Positions 62,493 through 64,000 of a stretch of 64,000 bases of DNA are shown piece by piece (position 1 is the stretch's first letter; each line of letters begins with the position of its first letter). A program made the position numbers and the translations under genes. The DNA lies in the NCBI RefSeq assembly GCF_947568905.1, contig NC_079166.1:37386001-37450000 (forward strand), read 5' to 3'. The notes under the pieces were generated by a model that had not been told where the DNA came from, did no database searches, and saw nothing but the letters and a program-made list of their open reading frames with translations. Origin of the DNA: Ostrea edulis (lineage: Eukaryota).

Positions 62493-63539
62493 TTGAGAAA
62501 TAATGTAAAGGTGAAAGTCGAGACATATATAACATTGTCTCTGGTGAAAAAGTAGTAATGCAATATTATATTTCTAATCAGCAATTAATATTGATGCACG
62601 CTCAGGATGAATTCTTCAAAAACAACATTTGAGAGACCATTACAGGCATTGATTATTAAGAGAAAAGTGGATAAAAAATATGAGTGAATTCAAGAGATAA
62701 AACATCACATCATTTGCAAGAGTTGAAAAATTCAAGAGATGAAAGATTAATATGATTTGCAAGAGCTGAACAATTTATGCAAGAATTGACACAATCTCTG
62801 ATTTGCAATTAAATTGATGAACAATTCAATATTTTACAAGTCTTTGATTTTGCCAGGGTGCAATACTTTAAATGGATGGTGATTCAATTCTTTAAATATT
62901 TTGAGCAGTATATGTTGTTAACTCTTTTATAAAAACAAATGCCTTGAATTGAAACACTCGCTTGGAATTTCAAAAATCTCACTAAAGAACCCAATGAGTA
63001 CAGTCAAATTCAATTGCAAGAGCAACCTGTTATCGAAATCGAATAATCCGAGTCTGAGGTTTTTGTTTGCTATGGCAGTTAAGGTGATATTTAAGTCTTT
63101 AAGTTAAATCCCCTAGAACGAAGAAAGAAAACTTGTACTGAAATAATAAGATCAAAGGACAACAAAATTCCAAGATGAGAATAAGAATATATGACACTCA
63201 CCAGGGATTTAACATGTTTTCCCGAAGGAAGCAGAGGTAGGGAATGAGTAACAAGTTCACTTATTTGTATTGCTCGTAAAGAGGTTAATGAAAGATAACT
63301 ATGATCGTGGACTCCAGGAAATATTCATTGTTGTGCTCCAAAAATATTGATTTGTCATTAGAGTTTCATGTAATCATTCATATCTTCATCTACATGATTT
63401 GCCTAACCATTTCTACCTTCAAGATCAATTAACATGTATCAATATCCAATGTTTACTCGTGCGATATGATTCATGGTTTTGAAGACACTGGTCATTTCCT
63501 CTCTCTTGATCCTGCCTCAAATCTCTGCTTTGCAAAGGA

Positions 63540-63700
63540 GTCAAAAGGATTCGGTGGAATTTGTACATACATGTACAAGGCCTGTTCAGTTGCTGTATTT
63601 ACCGTAAATTCAGAATTCTGTGTATTTGATCCTCATGCACATGACGGTGAAATTAAATGCTAATCCAGACTACTGTTGTGGTCGGGGACGGGGCTTCTTG
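63540..63700 (+). pseudogene. Possible relic of a herpes-tegument-like (peptidase C76) domain as carried by some Helitrons
   Basis: ACSVAVFTVNSEFCVFDPHAHDG resembles the xxVAI...YxxFD(S/P)H catalytic motif; isolated and followed by a stop. Confidence 0.3.
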
Positions 63701-63745
63701 AAATCCTGACATGGGCAGGTCCTCCAAATGGTGGTGGATTATAAG

Positions 63746-63898
63746 ACTCTCTTATGAGTAGCCATGGAATATAAGGTGATTCCACCCGAGGGTTGCAAAA
63801 AAGCTGTGAAACCCGAGGCTTTGCCGAGGGTTTTACCGCTTTTTTGCAACCCCGAGGGTGGAATCACCTTAATATTTCATGGCAACTCATAAGAGAGT
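63746..63898. repeat. 153-bp near-perfect palindrome with four same-orientation CCGAGG motifs
   Basis: Arms actctcttatgag...gtgattccacc...ttgcaaaaaagc mirror gcttttttgcaa...ggtggaatcacc...ctcataagagagt; CCGAGG at 63786, 63813, 63824 and 63852. Confidence 0.9.
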
Positions 63899-64000
63899 AT
63901 TTTTCTCTCATATTTCTAGAGTTTTCCGTTTTCCTTGTGCCTAGCGACGCCATTTTGAGAATTTTCCAATTAATTAATATTTCGCTGTACATTAAAAATA

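Overview
AT-rich, intron- and repeat-rich animal genomic DNA, most likely a bivalve mollusc (oyster-like; inferred from repeat types and gene style), with one 156-N assembly gap. Five intact protein-coding genes: (1) RSPH3, a 7-coding-exon radial spoke protein 3 gene (- strand); (2) a single-exon type II membrane copper amine oxidase with an intact TPQ/Cu site and a histidine-rich repeat stalk (+); (3) an 11-exon GMC (glucose-methanol-choline) FAD oxidoreductase (+); (4) an IMP dehydrogenase with an intronless CDS and a 5'-UTR intron (-); (5) a single-exon Tctex1-domain dynein light chain (-). There is also a frameshifted duplicate of the last two GMC exons just after the gap, and several degraded exon-like relics. 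Repeats include tRNA-derived SINEs (several with clear target-site duplications), Penelope-like 3' fragments, a LINE relic, Helentron/HINE-like elements carrying ~170-bp satellites, MITEs and long fold-back palindromes. The most notable observations are the His-rich amine oxidase, a candidate intronic C/D-box snoRNA complementary to a conserved 18S rRNA methylation site, the conversion-like identity pattern in the GMC duplicate, the intronless IMPDH, and a palindrome that preserves tandem GA mismatches. I see no convincing wholly new multi-gene system. All exon models were built by hand and no database search was run.
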